Shown: piece after piece, positions 9,762-19,126 of the stretch | How positions within the stretch are numbered: the stretch's first letter is position 1 | Layout of the letters: the number at the start of each line of letters is the position of its first letter | Assembly: GCA_965248695.1 (NCBI GenBank) | Contig: CBDFKD010000002.1 | Location: 5,184,001 to 5,248,000 of the forward strand | Direction: 5' to 3' | DNA: 64,000 nucleotides | From: Acidobacteriota bacterium | GTDB lineage: Bacteria > Acidobacteriota > UBA890 > WLXD01 | Notes under the pieces: generated by a model | Told to the model about the DNA's origin: nothing | Seen by the model: the letters and a program-made list of their open reading frames with translations, nothing else | Database searches by the model: none | Program-made: the position numbers and the translations under genes

Positions 9762-11177
9762 ATGCCAGTAGATACCGCTTCCGATACGTATGAGGCGTTC
9801 GTCACCAAGTGGCAGCGGGTGCGTCATTGCTACGAAGGCTCTGACGCAGTCAAGGAGCAGGGGGCTGGATACCTGCCCCCGCTAGCGAGCCACGGACGCG
9901 AGCCAGCCAAGTACGAGGCTTACAAGCAACGAGCGCTGTTTTACAACGCCACCGGACGCACGGTGGATGGTTTGGCGGGACTGATCTTTCAGAAAGAGCC
10001 AACGCTTCTGCTGCCCGCAAGCATCCAGGATCACGATAGGGACGTGACGCTAGGGGGCGAGTCGGCCGAGACGTTCGCACTCCAAGCTACCCGCGAGGTG
10101 CTGCTGACGGGTCGCTACGGAATCCTGGTGGAGATGGGCTCCGAACAGGTAGCGGGTAAGCGACCCTACTGGTGTGGGTATCGGGCCGAGGACATCGTGT
10201 CGTGGCGCACGCAGCGTCTGGGTGGCGATGAGATCACTACACGGGTGGTGCTCAGAGAGGTAGCGCGGGAGCCCGATGAGCGAGACGAGTTCGTCACGCG
10301 GCAAATCGATCAGTACCGGGTGCTGCGGCTACGAGACGGGGCATATACGCAAACGGTGTATCGGAAAGCCTCGAAATCCTCCTCCAAGTACGAACCATGG
10401 ACACCGCCGGGGCAGCAGGAGCCGGAAGTGGTGGCGATACGGCGCGGCGAGGCGCTGCCGTTCATTCCCTTCGTGTTCGTGTCTCCAAACTCCACGTCGG
10501 CTCGGGTGGACAAGCCCCCCCTGCTGGACCTGGTGGATGTGAACCTGTCGCACTACCGGACGATGGCGGACCTAGAGCACGGGCGACACTTCACGGCACT
10601 GCCTACCCCGTGGGTAGCCGGGATCAAGGACGAGGAGTCAGGGCGGTTGGAGATCGGCTCGGGCACAGCGTGGATGCTGGAGCCCACCGGTAAGGCGGGG
10701 ATGCTGGAGTTCACCGGCCAGGGGTTAGGGGCGTTGGACAAGGCATCGGAGGAAAAGCGCCTCATGATGGCGACGCTGGGTGCGCGGTTGTTGGAAGAGC
10801 AGCCGCGAGCGGCGGAGACCGCCACGGCGGTAGGGATGCGTCACGCTGGGGCCCACGCCACGCTGCGAACGGTGGCGCAGGCGATCGAGAGTGCCCTGGG
10901 TCAGGCGTGGCGGTATCACGCCTGGTGGATGGGTACGGAAGCCAAGCCAAGCGACGTGGAGGTTGCCTACGAGCTGAACAAGGACTTCGTGGCGGTGCCG
11001 ATGAGGGCCGACATGTTGCGCTCCTTGGTGTTGGCGTTGCAGGCGGACGCGGTGTCGTTTGAGACCTTCTGGGCGGCGATGCAGAAGGGCGAGCTGGCGC
11101 GGCCGGGGGTGAGTGCGGAGGAGGAACAAGCGGAGATCGGGCGTCAGGGACCGGCGCTCGTGGGAGAGGTGGCGTGA
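9762..11177 (+). CDS. Portal protein (DUF4055-like)
   Basis: Position after terL; Y..Y..RA.FYNAT.RT and PPLLDL..NL.HYR..AD motifs. Confidence 0.85.
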   Translation: MPVDTASDTYEAFVTKWQRVRHCYEGSDAVKEQGAGYLPPLASHGREPAKYEAYKQRALFYNATGRTVDGLAGLIFQKEPTLLLPASIQDHDRDVTLGGESAETFALQATREVLLTGRYGILVEMGSEQVAGKRPYWCGYRAEDIVSWRTQRLGGDEITTRVVLREVAREPDERDEFVTRQIDQYRVLRLRDGAYTQTVYRKASKSSSKYEPWTPPGQQEPEVVAIRRGEALPFIPFVFVSPNSTSARVDKPPLLDLVDVNLSHYRTMADLEHGRHFTALPTPWVAGIKDEESGRLEIGSGTAWMLEPTGKAGMLEFTGQGLGALDKASEEKRLMMATLGARLLEEQPRAAETATAVGMRHAGAHATLRTVAQAIESALGQAWRYHAWWMGTEAKPSDVEVAYELNKDFVAVPMRADMLRSLVLALQADAVSFETFWAAMQKGELARPGVSAEEEQAEIGRQGPALVGEVA

Positions 11178-11476
11178 GCAGGGTTCTAAGAGTTGACGGG
11201 ATATCGGTAGCCGTTGAGGAGGTGCCTCGTATCCATATAACCGAGGAGGCTCACGGCGAGTTTATTAGCCAGCCGACGCCGCACATTCGGCTAGCAGAGG
11301 ACTTGCCGGACGGTGAATGGAAGCACTATGTGCTGCTGCATGAGTGGGTGCATGCGGTGTTATTCGTGCGGGGGCTGAGCTCGGTTCTCGAAGAGCATCA
11401 AGAACTCGAAGAGTTGGTATGCAACGCCATTGCATCCGAGATGGTCAAGGGGGGGTTATTTCCCGATGCCACGTAG
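11174..11476 (+). CDS. Small HExxH zinc-metallopeptidase-like protein
   Basis: LLHEWVHAVL followed by a downstream EE. Confidence 0.6.
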   Translation: MSRVLRVDGISVAVEEVPRIHITEEAHGEFISQPTPHIRLAEDLPDGEWKHYVLLHEWVHAVLFVRGLSSVLEEHQELEELVCNAIASEMVKGGLFPDAT

Positions 11477-11744
11477 AGAGCCTGCGTATCGGGAGCTTCA
11501 TGCGGCCGCCGACAGGATCGAGCCGCGCCTGGAGCGGGCGTTCGTACGGGCCATGGAGCGCTTGCGGGATCAGGTGTCGATCAACGAGCTAGCGCTAGCG
11601 CTGTCGGCCGGCGATGCGAAGGGGGCGCTGCGGCGGGTGCCGGTGGGTGAGGTTCGGGAGGCGTTGGAGGGAGTGGGAGACAGCGTGCAGGAGGCGTTCA
11701 TGCGCGGTGGAAGACTCGGGGCGAAGCGAATCAATGAGCTCTAG
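11466..11744 (+). CDS. Head-associated protein (possibly the N-terminal half of a split minor head protein)
   Basis: Helical ORF between portal and gpF-like gene. Confidence 0.5.
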   Translation: MPRREPAYRELHAAADRIEPRLERAFVRAMERLRDQVSINELALALSAGDAKGALRRVPVGEVREALEGVGDSVQEAFMRGGRLGAKRINEL

Positions 11745-12060
11745 GATGGAGCGGGCGTTCGTACGGGCCATGGAGCGCTTGCGGGAGGGTCTGTACGACG
11801 AGGCTGGTGCCGAGAGCTTGATGGCGCCTGTTCTGGTGGAGTGGCACGACTCGTACGGCTGTTCTGCCAGTTGGCAGCCATTGGATATGATCGAGCCTGC
11901 GGCTCTCGTGTACCGGTCTGTAGGGTGGTTGGTACACGAAGACGATCAGTGTCTCGTGGTTGTGCCCCACCTGACGGACCAGACTGAGGGAGTTGCCCGC
12001 CAGGGGTGCGGCGACATGACGATTCCACGCTGCGCGGTGCTACGCGCGTCCAACGCCTAA
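11734..12060 (+). CDS. Hypothetical protein; N-terminus duplicated from the upstream gene
   Basis: VLVEWHDS...SVGWLV motif; 40-bp copy of 11530-11569 at 11747-11786. Confidence 0.55.
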   Translation: MSSRMERAFVRAMERLREGLYDEAGAESLMAPVLVEWHDSYGCSASWQPLDMIEPAALVYRSVGWLVHEDDQCLVVVPHLTDQTEGVARQGCGDMTIPRCAVLRASNA

Positions 12061-12074
12061 CGAGCCGGTAAGCG

Positions 12075-12656
12075 ATGGCCACGACCAGCACTTCCTTCCG
12101 GTTCGACGCCACGCTCCCGGCAGCACAGCGCGCCGCTGCCCGCCATGCGGCACGGCTCGTCAAGGGAGTCTCAGAGGAGACCCGTCGGGGTATTCGTGCA
12201 GCCATCGTGCGCGCCATCCGCGAGGGGCAGCCTCCGTTCGAGGCGGCACGCGCGATCCAACCGATGATCGGACTGAACGCGCAACAGGTCCAAGCGGCGC
12301 TGAATTACCGCGCCGAGCTGATCGACCAGGGGCTGACGCTGCAGTTTGTCGACCGCAAGGTGGACCGCTACGTGCAGAAGAAGCTTCGGGAGCGAGCCCG
12401 AACGATCGCCCGCACCGAGATCATGAACGCGCTCAATGCGGGGCAGGAAGAATCCTGGCGTCAGGCGCAGCGGGCGGGGCTGTTGCCCAAGGGGCAGAAG
12501 AAAGTATGGATCGTCACGCCGGATGATCGGCTCTGCCCGATTTGTGAGCCGATGCGTGACGCCGTGGCGGAGGTTGGTAAGCCGTTTCCGATTCCGGGGC
12601 CACCGGCGCATCCTCGGTGCCGGTGCGCGGTGGGGATCGCTACAGACGGCCGCTAG
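12075..12656 (+). CDS. Phage minor head/morphogenesis protein (Mu gpF/SPP1 gp7-like)
   Basis: RARTIARTE, CPIC, PPAHPRCRC. Confidence 0.85.
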   Translation: MATTSTSFRFDATLPAAQRAAARHAARLVKGVSEETRRGIRAAIVRAIREGQPPFEAARAIQPMIGLNAQQVQAALNYRAELIDQGLTLQFVDRKVDRYVQKKLRERARTIARTEIMNALNAGQEESWRQAQRAGLLPKGQKKVWIVTPDDRLCPICEPMRDAVAEVGKPFPIPGPPAHPRCRCAVGIATDGR

Positions 12657-12904
12657 AGCACGTTAATCGCGTGTAGCACGCAGTCTCCCCTGATACCACC
12701 AGATCGGGGAGGAGAAACGATCTTCGCCACAGCAGCAATCTCCATAGCGAAGACATAGCTATAGAAGAACAAAGTTAGTCACTTTTGCGCAAGGGGGGTG
12801 TTGACACCGCAACCAGGATCGTCGTATTGATTCAAGGAGACGGATTCAGACGCAACGGACCGTAGCCGGGGGGCCACGGTCGGTCGCGCTGACAGGGTGG
12901 GAGC

Positions 12905-13666
12905 ATGCAAGTCGTCGTTGAAGATCTGGGTGCCGTTGCCGAAGCACTTCGCGACGAGTACGTGGAGCGTGACGGTAAGTACGTACTGAAGCTCGAAGGC
13001 GATGTGCCGGGGATGGTGGTGGCCTCGGAGCTGGAGGAGCAGAAGAAGGCCACGGCGCATTTCCGGGATAGCAACGTTGGTCTGAACAGCAAGATCGGTG
13101 ATTTGACCACGAGGCTCGATGAGATCTCCGGTCTTGAGGACAAGTACACGAGCGCCGTCACGGAGCTTGAGACGTTGAAGAAGACGGCGCCCAAGAAGGA
13201 CGCGGAGATGCAAGCGATCCAGGCGCAGCTAGAGTCATTGGCAAAAAAGCTCGATGAGTCCAATGCGCGCGAGGTGGCGGCACGGCAGCAAGCGGCACGG
13301 AAGGATCTTGAGTCGCAGCTGCGAACCGTGGGATCCAAGCTCGGAGTACGTGACGAGGCGTGGGAAGACTTTTTGTCTCGTGGAACAGCGGTCTTCCAGC
13401 TGACCGAAGAGGACGGCAAGGTCGTTGCCAAGCGTGGCGAGGAGCCGTTGTTTTCCGAAATCAACCCGGCGCTGCCGCTCACGATGCAAGAGTGGGGCGA
13501 GAGGCTACAGCGACAAGCGGCGCATCTGTTCAAGGAATCCACCGGAGGTGGAGCACGCCCGAGCGATACGAGCGGTTCCACAACGGGCATGGCACGTATG
13601 GTTTCGGAAGATCAGTTCGGGGGGAGCTTGGAGGACATTGCGGCCGGCAAGGCCGTAGTACAGTAG
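12905..13666 (+). CDS. Capsid scaffolding protein
   Basis: Acidic coiled-coil protein upstream of the capsid gene; HLFK..TGGGA tail. Confidence 0.75.
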   Translation: MQVVVEDLGAVAEALRDEYVERDGKYVLKLEGDVPGMVVASELEEQKKATAHFRDSNVGLNSKIGDLTTRLDEISGLEDKYTSAVTELETLKKTAPKKDAEMQAIQAQLESLAKKLDESNAREVAARQQAARKDLESQLRTVGSKLGVRDEAWEDFLSRGTAVFQLTEEDGKVVAKRGEEPLFSEINPALPLTMQEWGERLQRQAAHLFKESTGGGARPSDTSGSTTGMARMVSEDQFGGSLEDIAAGKAVVQ

Positions 13667-13677
13667 AGGACAGCAGT

Positions 13678-13966
13678 ACCGAGCGTGACGTAGCACGCCA
13701 TTAGGCTACGGCGGCTAACAGGGTCTCTTTAGATCCAGGGGGCCGCGCCCCGGTGGGGACGAATCGGAAGTAACCGAGCGTGACGCGGTGCGGTACGAAG
13801 CCGCGGCGGCTGGTGGATCTTGAAGGATCCAAGGGCCGTGCCCCGGTGGGGACGAATTCGGTAGTACTAAGACATATTCTGAGAGCGTGACGTGGCACGC
13901 CATTAGGTCACGGCGGCTAACAGGGTCTCTTCAGATCCAGGGGGCCGCGCCCCGGTGGGGACGAAT
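13678..13966 (+). ncRNA. Three tandem copies of an ~85-nt structured RNA motif in the capsid leader
   Basis: Copies at 13681-13764, 13776-13857 and 13883-13966; conserved GAGCGTGACG, CGGCGGCT, GATCC and GGCCGYGCCCCGGTGGGGACGAAT; stems show compensatory and G-U changes. Confidence 0.75.
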
Positions 13967-13999
13967 CCGCAACTTCTTTTGTGGAGGAGTGCCCCGACA

Positions 14000-15115
14000 G
14001 TGGCCAATACCAACACCACCACGCATATCGTTGACCGTCTGTTGGCACAGGGTCTGTTGGCTCTGCGCGAGATGGTGGTCATGCCGCGGTTCGTCAACCG
14101 CGCCTACGAAAACGTTCCGGGCGATCAGTACTCGACGATCGATGTACCGATCCCCTCGGCGATCGCCGCAACCGCGGTAACGCCTTCCAACACGCCGCCC
14201 GACGATGCCGGGATCGCGCCGACGAAGGTGTCGCTCGTACTGGATCAGTGGTACGAGGCGCCGTTTTTCCTCAACGACAAGGAAATGCTGGAGGTGCAGT
14301 CGGGAACGATCCCGATGCAAGCCTCCGAGGCGATCAAGGCGCTGGCGAACAACATCGACAACGCCATCCTTGCCAAGTACAAGGACATCTACGGGTACGC
14401 CGGCACGGCGGGCACCACGCCGTTTACGAGCGACCTGTCGGCGTTCGTGAACGCCCGCAAGGTGCTCAACGAACAGCTCGCGCCACTGGATCCACGCTTT
14501 TGCGTGATCGATCCGGATGCAGAGGCGAACGCGCTGAACCTGCGCGCCTTCCAGGACGCCAGTTACCGGGGTGACCGTCAGGGTATCTTGCGTGGTGAGA
14601 TCGGCGAGAAGCTCGGCTCCATGTGGGCGATGGACCAGAACGTTCCAACGCATACCACGGGCGGCGGCTCAGGCTGGCTGGTGAACCAGTCGGACCATGT
14701 GGTGGGCAACGGAACCGTGACGATCGATACCGGCTCGGGCGATCCCGCCGAGGGCGACATCTTCACGGTGGCCGGTGACACGCAGACCTACGTCGTGGAG
14801 GCCTACGGGAGCAACGTCATCACCTACGCACCGGCGTCGAAGGTTGCCTGGGCCGACGATGCGGCGCTGACGTTCAAGGGCAGCCACACGGTGAACCTGG
14901 CGTTTCACCGTGACGCCTTCGCGTTGGCCATGCGGCCGTTCCAGGGAGCCGACCCGATGGGAGTCGGGACGTTCCGCGCGGCGGTCGACCCGGTATCGGG
15001 CTTGGCGCTGCGACTGGAAGTGTCGCGTCAGCACAAGAGGACTCGCTTCTCCTACGACTCCCTCTACGGTGTGCAGACGGTTCGCCCGGAGCTGGCGGTG
15101 CGCGTCGCAGGCTAA
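14000..15115 (+). CDS. Major capsid protein (P22 coat-like)
   Basis: GTG start with GGAGGA RBS; ALAN.ID, NLAFHRDAFALAMRP, YDSLYGV..VRPELAVRV. Confidence 0.88.
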   Translation: MANTNTTTHIVDRLLAQGLLALREMVVMPRFVNRAYENVPGDQYSTIDVPIPSAIAATAVTPSNTPPDDAGIAPTKVSLVLDQWYEAPFFLNDKEMLEVQSGTIPMQASEAIKALANNIDNAILAKYKDIYGYAGTAGTTPFTSDLSAFVNARKVLNEQLAPLDPRFCVIDPDAEANALNLRAFQDASYRGDRQGILRGEIGEKLGSMWAMDQNVPTHTTGGGSGWLVNQSDHVVGNGTVTIDTGSGDPAEGDIFTVAGDTQTYVVEAYGSNVITYAPASKVAWADDAALTFKGSHTVNLAFHRDAFALAMRPFQGADPMGVGTFRAAVDPVSGLALRLEVSRQHKRTRFSYDSLYGVQTVRPELAVRVAG

Positions 15116-15137
15116 TCGGCTGGGTCCACAATGATGA

Positions 15138-15174
15138 GGCTCGGTCGCGCTGGCTGCGTGCTCGCGACCGAGCC
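15138..15174 (+). other. Strong hairpin after the capsid gene (no U tail)
   Basis: GGCTCGGTCGCG / CGCGACCGAGCC 12-bp stem. Confidence 0.55.
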
Positions 15175-15197
15175 CACACCCCCTAGGTGACAAAGCG

Positions 15198-15371
15198 ATG
15201 GCTGCAATACCGACTCAGAAAGTCCGTCGCAAAAGCGATGGGGCGGAGTGCGTGATCAATCGAGAAGAGTTCAACGAACACGACTACGAGGAGATAGCCA
15301 AGCCGAAGGCTAGAGGCGGTGGCAAGCCGAAGTCCAAGGCGCAGCCTACGAAAAGGCGCAAGGGGAACTGA
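15198..15371 (+). CDS. Small basic hypothetical protein
   Basis: ATG-started 57-codon ORF whose stop overlaps the next start. Confidence 0.55.
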   Translation: MAAIPTQKVRRKSDGAECVINREEFNEHDYEEIAKPKARGGGKPKSKAQPTKRRKGN

Positions 15372-15910
15372 TGGCGACCTCGGTACTGAATGCGACCGTC
15401 GGCGGGGCTTGGAGCAACACCTACGCCACGCTGGGGGAGGCCGAGCAGTACCACGAGGACCGGGTCGCGTCCGGTACGGCGTGGACAGCCACGAGCACCG
15501 AGGAGGATGCCAAGACCAAGGCGCTGTTGATGGCGACGCTGCTGCTGGACCGAGCCTTTGAGTGGAGCGGGCACGCGGTGGATCGGAACCAGGCGCTGCA
15601 ATGGCCCCGCACGGGGATGCTCAAGCCGACCGGGTTTGAGCACGTCGCCTCCACCGAGATCCCGGTGCAGATCAAGAACGCGCAGGCGGAATACGCCCGG
15701 CAACTGCTGGCCGATCTCGGCCGCACGGATGATTCCGATATCGAGACCAAAGGCATCACCAGGATCAAGGCAGGGCCGGTGGAGTTGGAGTTCAAAGACT
15801 CCGTGTTTGCCAAGGCGGTGCCGGACCTGGTGGTGCTGCTGCTCCCGGAGCACTGGTACTACGCGGTACGGGGCCGTGCCTCCGGTACGCGACAGCTGGT
15901 GAGGGCGTAG
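15371..15910 (+). CDS. Head-tail adaptor (DnaT-like annotated family)
   Basis: NTYATL.EA..Y, QALQWPR, IP..IK.AQAE.A. Confidence 0.75.
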   Translation: MATSVLNATVGGAWSNTYATLGEAEQYHEDRVASGTAWTATSTEEDAKTKALLMATLLLDRAFEWSGHAVDRNQALQWPRTGMLKPTGFEHVASTEIPVQIKNAQAEYARQLLADLGRTDDSDIETKGITRIKAGPVELEFKDSVFAKAVPDLVVLLLPEHWYYAVRGRASGTRQLVRA

Positions 15911-15914
15911 CGAT

Positions 15915-16271
15915 ATGGGCTTGGAGAGTCTCGTTGCCTCCGGTGTGGCGCTGGCCAACAGCCTCACGAGCGACCTGCAGCACGACGTGGTCCACGAAGC
16001 GTATGAAGGCCCCAATGACCAGGGGGCACCGACGTATGGCTCAGCGGTACAGCGGCCAGCGCTCGTGGAGCACAGGCAGCGACAGGTGCGCGGCGACGAG
16101 GGCAACGTGGTGATGGCGCGGGCCAAGGTGAGCTTTCTGCACCCGGTGCGGATCGGTCCGTTGGATCGGATCACGCTACCGGACGGCACGACGGGGCCGA
16201 TCCTGGATATCGAGGGGATGGTGAATGGCTCCACCGGGGCACCCTACATGCTCGAGGTGTGGCTGGGATGA
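15915..16271 (+). CDS. Probable head-closure protein
   Basis: Position and size; DRITLPDG motif. Confidence 0.6.
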   Translation: MGLESLVASGVALANSLTSDLQHDVVHEAYEGPNDQGAPTYGSAVQRPALVEHRQRQVRGDEGNVVMARAKVSFLHPVRIGPLDRITLPDGTTGPILDIEGMVNGSTGAPYMLEVWLG

Positions 16272-16639
16272 GCGTACGGATCGAGGGGTTGTCTGAGCTG
16301 AGGCGCAAGCTGGGGGCCGTAACGGCTCGCATGCCGAGCAAGATCGAGGCGGCGTTGCACCGGGAGGCTCAAAAGATCGCCACCAAGAGCCGTCGGCGAA
16401 CCCCGGTGGATACCGGCGCACTACGTGCCAGCCACAACGTGGAGGCGCCCAGGCGGTCGGGTCGGGATGTATCGGTGCGGATCGGTGTTGGGGGGCCGGC
16501 GGTGAGCTACGCACACCGCGTACACGAGGACCTAGAGGCGCGCCACACGGTGGGCGAGGCGAAGTTTCTGGAGAACTCCGTGACCGAGGCGATTCCAGGG
16601 ATGGCGGCGCGGATCGGCAAGGGGTTGTTGGAGCGCTGA
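16268..16639 (+). CDS. HK97 gp10-like neck protein
   Basis: TPVDTGALRAS, YA..VHE, AKFLE. Confidence 0.85.
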   Translation: MSVRIEGLSELRRKLGAVTARMPSKIEAALHREAQKIATKSRRRTPVDTGALRASHNVEAPRRSGRDVSVRIGVGGPAVSYAHRVHEDLEARHTVGEAKFLENSVTEAIPGMAARIGKGLLER

Positions 16640-17031
16640 TGGCCTTTCTGCAGGAGGTGAAGAGCTACTTGGTCACCGAGAGCATCACGGATCCGATCTA
16701 TAGGGGAACGATGCCGGCGACGCCGGATACGGCGGTGGCGCTGTACCAGTACCCCGGGGAGGCGCCGTCGCGGGGGTTCGGGGTCACCGGCGGGGTGGCC
16801 TACGAGCGGCCGCGGCTGCAAGTCGTGGTGCGCGGTGCACCGCACGACCACGACACGCCGCTGGCCACCGCCACGAGTATCCGTGACGCGCTGGTGAAGG
16901 TTCAGGGCACCGAGCTGTCCGGAACGCTGTACCACTGGATCAGCCCTCTACAAGACCCGGGACTGTTCAAGCGCGACGAAAAAGAGCGCGTCTTGATCGT
17001 CTTTAACTGCCGCACGGAGAAGCACCGATGA
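16639..17031 (+). CDS. Tail terminator/minor capsid-like protein
   Basis: ERPRLQVVVRG motif; position before the tail tube genes. Confidence 0.7.
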   Translation: MAFLQEVKSYLVTESITDPIYRGTMPATPDTAVALYQYPGEAPSRGFGVTGGVAYERPRLQVVVRGAPHDHDTPLATATSIRDALVKVQGTELSGTLYHWISPLQDPGLFKRDEKERVLIVFNCRTEKHR

Positions 17032-17216
17032 CCGAAGCGGGGCCTGAAACAGATGCTCACAGCAGTCGGCTCGTGGATGCTCGCGGCAACGCGATCCCCA
17101 CTCATTTAGATGATGGATCGTGCCCGCAATGCGGGGCCTCGGAGGACAGGCAGCAGAAAGCCTTCGGAGGTACGAGCTGGTGTTTGAAGTGCGGGCATAA
17201 CTACAGGAGCGACTGA
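17028..17216 (+). CDS. Small zinc-ribbon protein
   Basis: CPQC and CLKC pairs; ATGA-coupled. Confidence 0.55.
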   Translation: MTEAGPETDAHSSRLVDARGNAIPTHLDDGSCPQCGASEDRQQKAFGGTSWCLKCGHNYRSD

Positions 17217-17220
17217 TCTC

Positions 17221-17487
17221 ATGGCTACCCAAAAGCTGCGCGTGACGAACCGTCGCGGCGCCATCACGTATCCCATCGATCCGAAGGCCGTGCAGGCGAT
17301 CGCTAAGGCGGGTGGGCTATCGCGCATGGGCGCCAAACAGCGCGCCGGGATCGAGCTTAGGACCGTCGAGGCTGGGGGCGACTGCTCCGATATGCCCAAG
17401 AAGCTGCAACAGGTTCAGATCCAGTCCGGCAACGTCGAGATCGTCACGCCGCGCTTCAAGGCGAAGTCTCAACGGGGAGGTAAGTAA
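17221..17487 (+). CDS. Hypothetical protein
   Basis: ORF coupled to the downstream gene (TAATG). Confidence 0.55.
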   Translation: MATQKLRVTNRRGAITYPIDPKAVQAIAKAGGLSRMGAKQRAGIELRTVEAGGDCSDMPKKLQQVQIQSGNVEIVTPRFKAKSQRGGK

Positions 17488-18224
17488 TGGCACGCCACGG
17501 TCCCGCCGATGTGTTCCTTACGGTGGATGGCTACGACCTGACGGCCGCGAGTCCACAGCAGCTATCCGAAACGGTCACCGTCCCCACCGTGCGTACCGAT
17601 GGGCTGGGAGATGGGTGGCAAAAGCACACGCCCATCGGTGTGCGCCAAGTGGAGCTGAGCATTGAGGGAGCGTTCTTTGATACCGGAGCCAACAACAGCC
17701 ACGCGGCGCTAGGGGGCTCGGTGCCGAGCTCGGTGCAGGCGGTACCGCGCCTGCTCGTGTACGGCCCCTCCAGGGGCGTGGGGGATGCGTGCGTGGGTCT
17801 GTCGGGTCTGTATCAGCAGAGTTACCAGGTAATGATGTCGCAAGGCGATCTACACCGAGCCAACGCCACATACCTGGTGACCGGGCAGCGCGACGAGTGT
17901 GTGCTTTTGCAGCCGCTGGAAGCCAAAACGGCCGACTGGAATACCGAGAGCCAGACGCTGGACAACGGTGCCAGTTCGGCCAACGGCGCTGTGGGGTACC
18001 TCGTCGTGAACGCCGCTGCGGGCATCACGGGCTTGTCGGTCAAGATCCGCGACTCGGCCGATAACACAGTGTTCGCAGATCTCATTACGTTCACCAACAA
18101 CGTCTCGGCTCCGTTCGCCGAACGCCTCGGTGCAACCGGCACGGTGGATCGCTACATCGCCGTGAGTGGCGCGCTGACGGGTACCGGCTCGATCACCTCA
18201 CTGATCGCAATGTCTCGTTTGTAA
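17487..18224 (+). CDS. Tail tube-like protein with C-terminal extension
   Basis: Beta-rich; shares GD.W..HTP.G.R.V with 18267-18689. Confidence 0.6.
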   Translation: MARHGPADVFLTVDGYDLTAASPQQLSETVTVPTVRTDGLGDGWQKHTPIGVRQVELSIEGAFFDTGANNSHAALGGSVPSSVQAVPRLLVYGPSRGVGDACVGLSGLYQQSYQVMMSQGDLHRANATYLVTGQRDECVLLQPLEAKTADWNTESQTLDNGASSANGAVGYLVVNAAAGITGLSVKIRDSADNTVFADLITFTNNVSAPFAERLGATGTVDRYIAVSGALTGTGSITSLIAMSRL

Positions 18225-18266
18225 TCGACAACAACGGCCCGCAATGCGGGCGGGAGAAAGACAACG

Positions 18267-18689
18267 ATGCCTGGAAAGTACGGCTCCTCATCGGTATCGG
18301 TGACCATCGAGGATGCTCCCGGTGGGACGGCCCGCGACATCTCCAACTACTTGCTCGAAGGGGTCGATCCACAGATCGAGGCGGCGTTTGTGGAGACCAC
18401 CACCTACGGGGATGCCTGGGGAGAGCACACGCCCACGGGCATGAGGATGGTGAACCAGCTCACCTTCAATCTGATCTGGGACACGAGCACGAACGGCCCG
18501 CACGACATCTTCAAGGATGTCGATGATGGTCCCCAGGATGACGGCCGCGAGGTTGTCATTACGGCCGGTGACGGTAAGACCCTCACGGGCGATGTGCGGG
18601 TGGTGAGCTTCCAGGTGGTGATGAGTGCCGAGGACATCCACAAGGCGGTCGTGGTGCTGCAGCCGACCGGCGCGTGGACCTGGGCGTAA
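18267..18689 (+). CDS. Major tail tube protein
   Basis: ETTTYGD motif and C-terminal QPTGAWTW; immediately before the chaperone and tape measure genes. Confidence 0.7.
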   Translation: MPGKYGSSSVSVTIEDAPGGTARDISNYLLEGVDPQIEAAFVETTTYGDAWGEHTPTGMRMVNQLTFNLIWDTSTNGPHDIFKDVDDGPQDDGREVVITAGDGKTLTGDVRVVSFQVVMSAEDIHKAVVVLQPTGAWTWA

Positions 18690-18718
18690 GAGCAGCCAAA
18701 GACAAAGGAGAAACGTAG

Positions 18719-19126
18719 ATGTTGGTGACAGGAGAGCCCGTACAGCGGGAGATTCCACACGAGCCGGGGCAGCACTTTCTACTCAACCGGCTCTCGTGGA
18801 AGCAGCTGCGCAAAGCGCGCAGCCTGCAGGAGGATTATTCCCGCGAGTCCGCTAAGGCTTGGGGAGCGGAGTTCCTTGAGGTGCTTTCGAAGGGTGGCGA
18901 CAGAGCCGAGGGGGAGATTCGCAAGGTGCTCCAAGAGCAGCGCTATCAGGCGGCCAACTACGACACGGGCTATCTGATCGACATGGGCGTGGCGGCCTGG
19001 TCCTACGATGCCTCCTGCGACTCCGAGAACAAGGCGGCGCTGGATGAGCGCACCACACAGTGGGCCGCTCAGGAAATCATCGATCTGACCATGCCTCCGT
19101 CAGAGGCTCAGGAGGGGGAAGCCTAG
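18719..19126 (+). CDS. Tail assembly chaperone (gpG-like)
   Basis: Position; ends just after the slippery sequence GGGGGAA. Confidence 0.7.
   Translation: MLVTGEPVQREIPHEPGQHFLLNRLSWKQLRKARSLQEDYSRESAKAWGAEFLEVLSKGGDRAEGEIRKVLQEQRYQAANYDTGYLIDMGVAAWSYDASCDSENKAALDERTTQWAAQEIIDLTMPPSEAQEGEA

Noticed and set aside
13681-13966. CRISPR array or hammerhead ribozymes
   Set aside because: Units are ~85 nt with internal covarying stems, not identical repeats with unique spacers; no cas operon; no CTGANGA hammerhead core.
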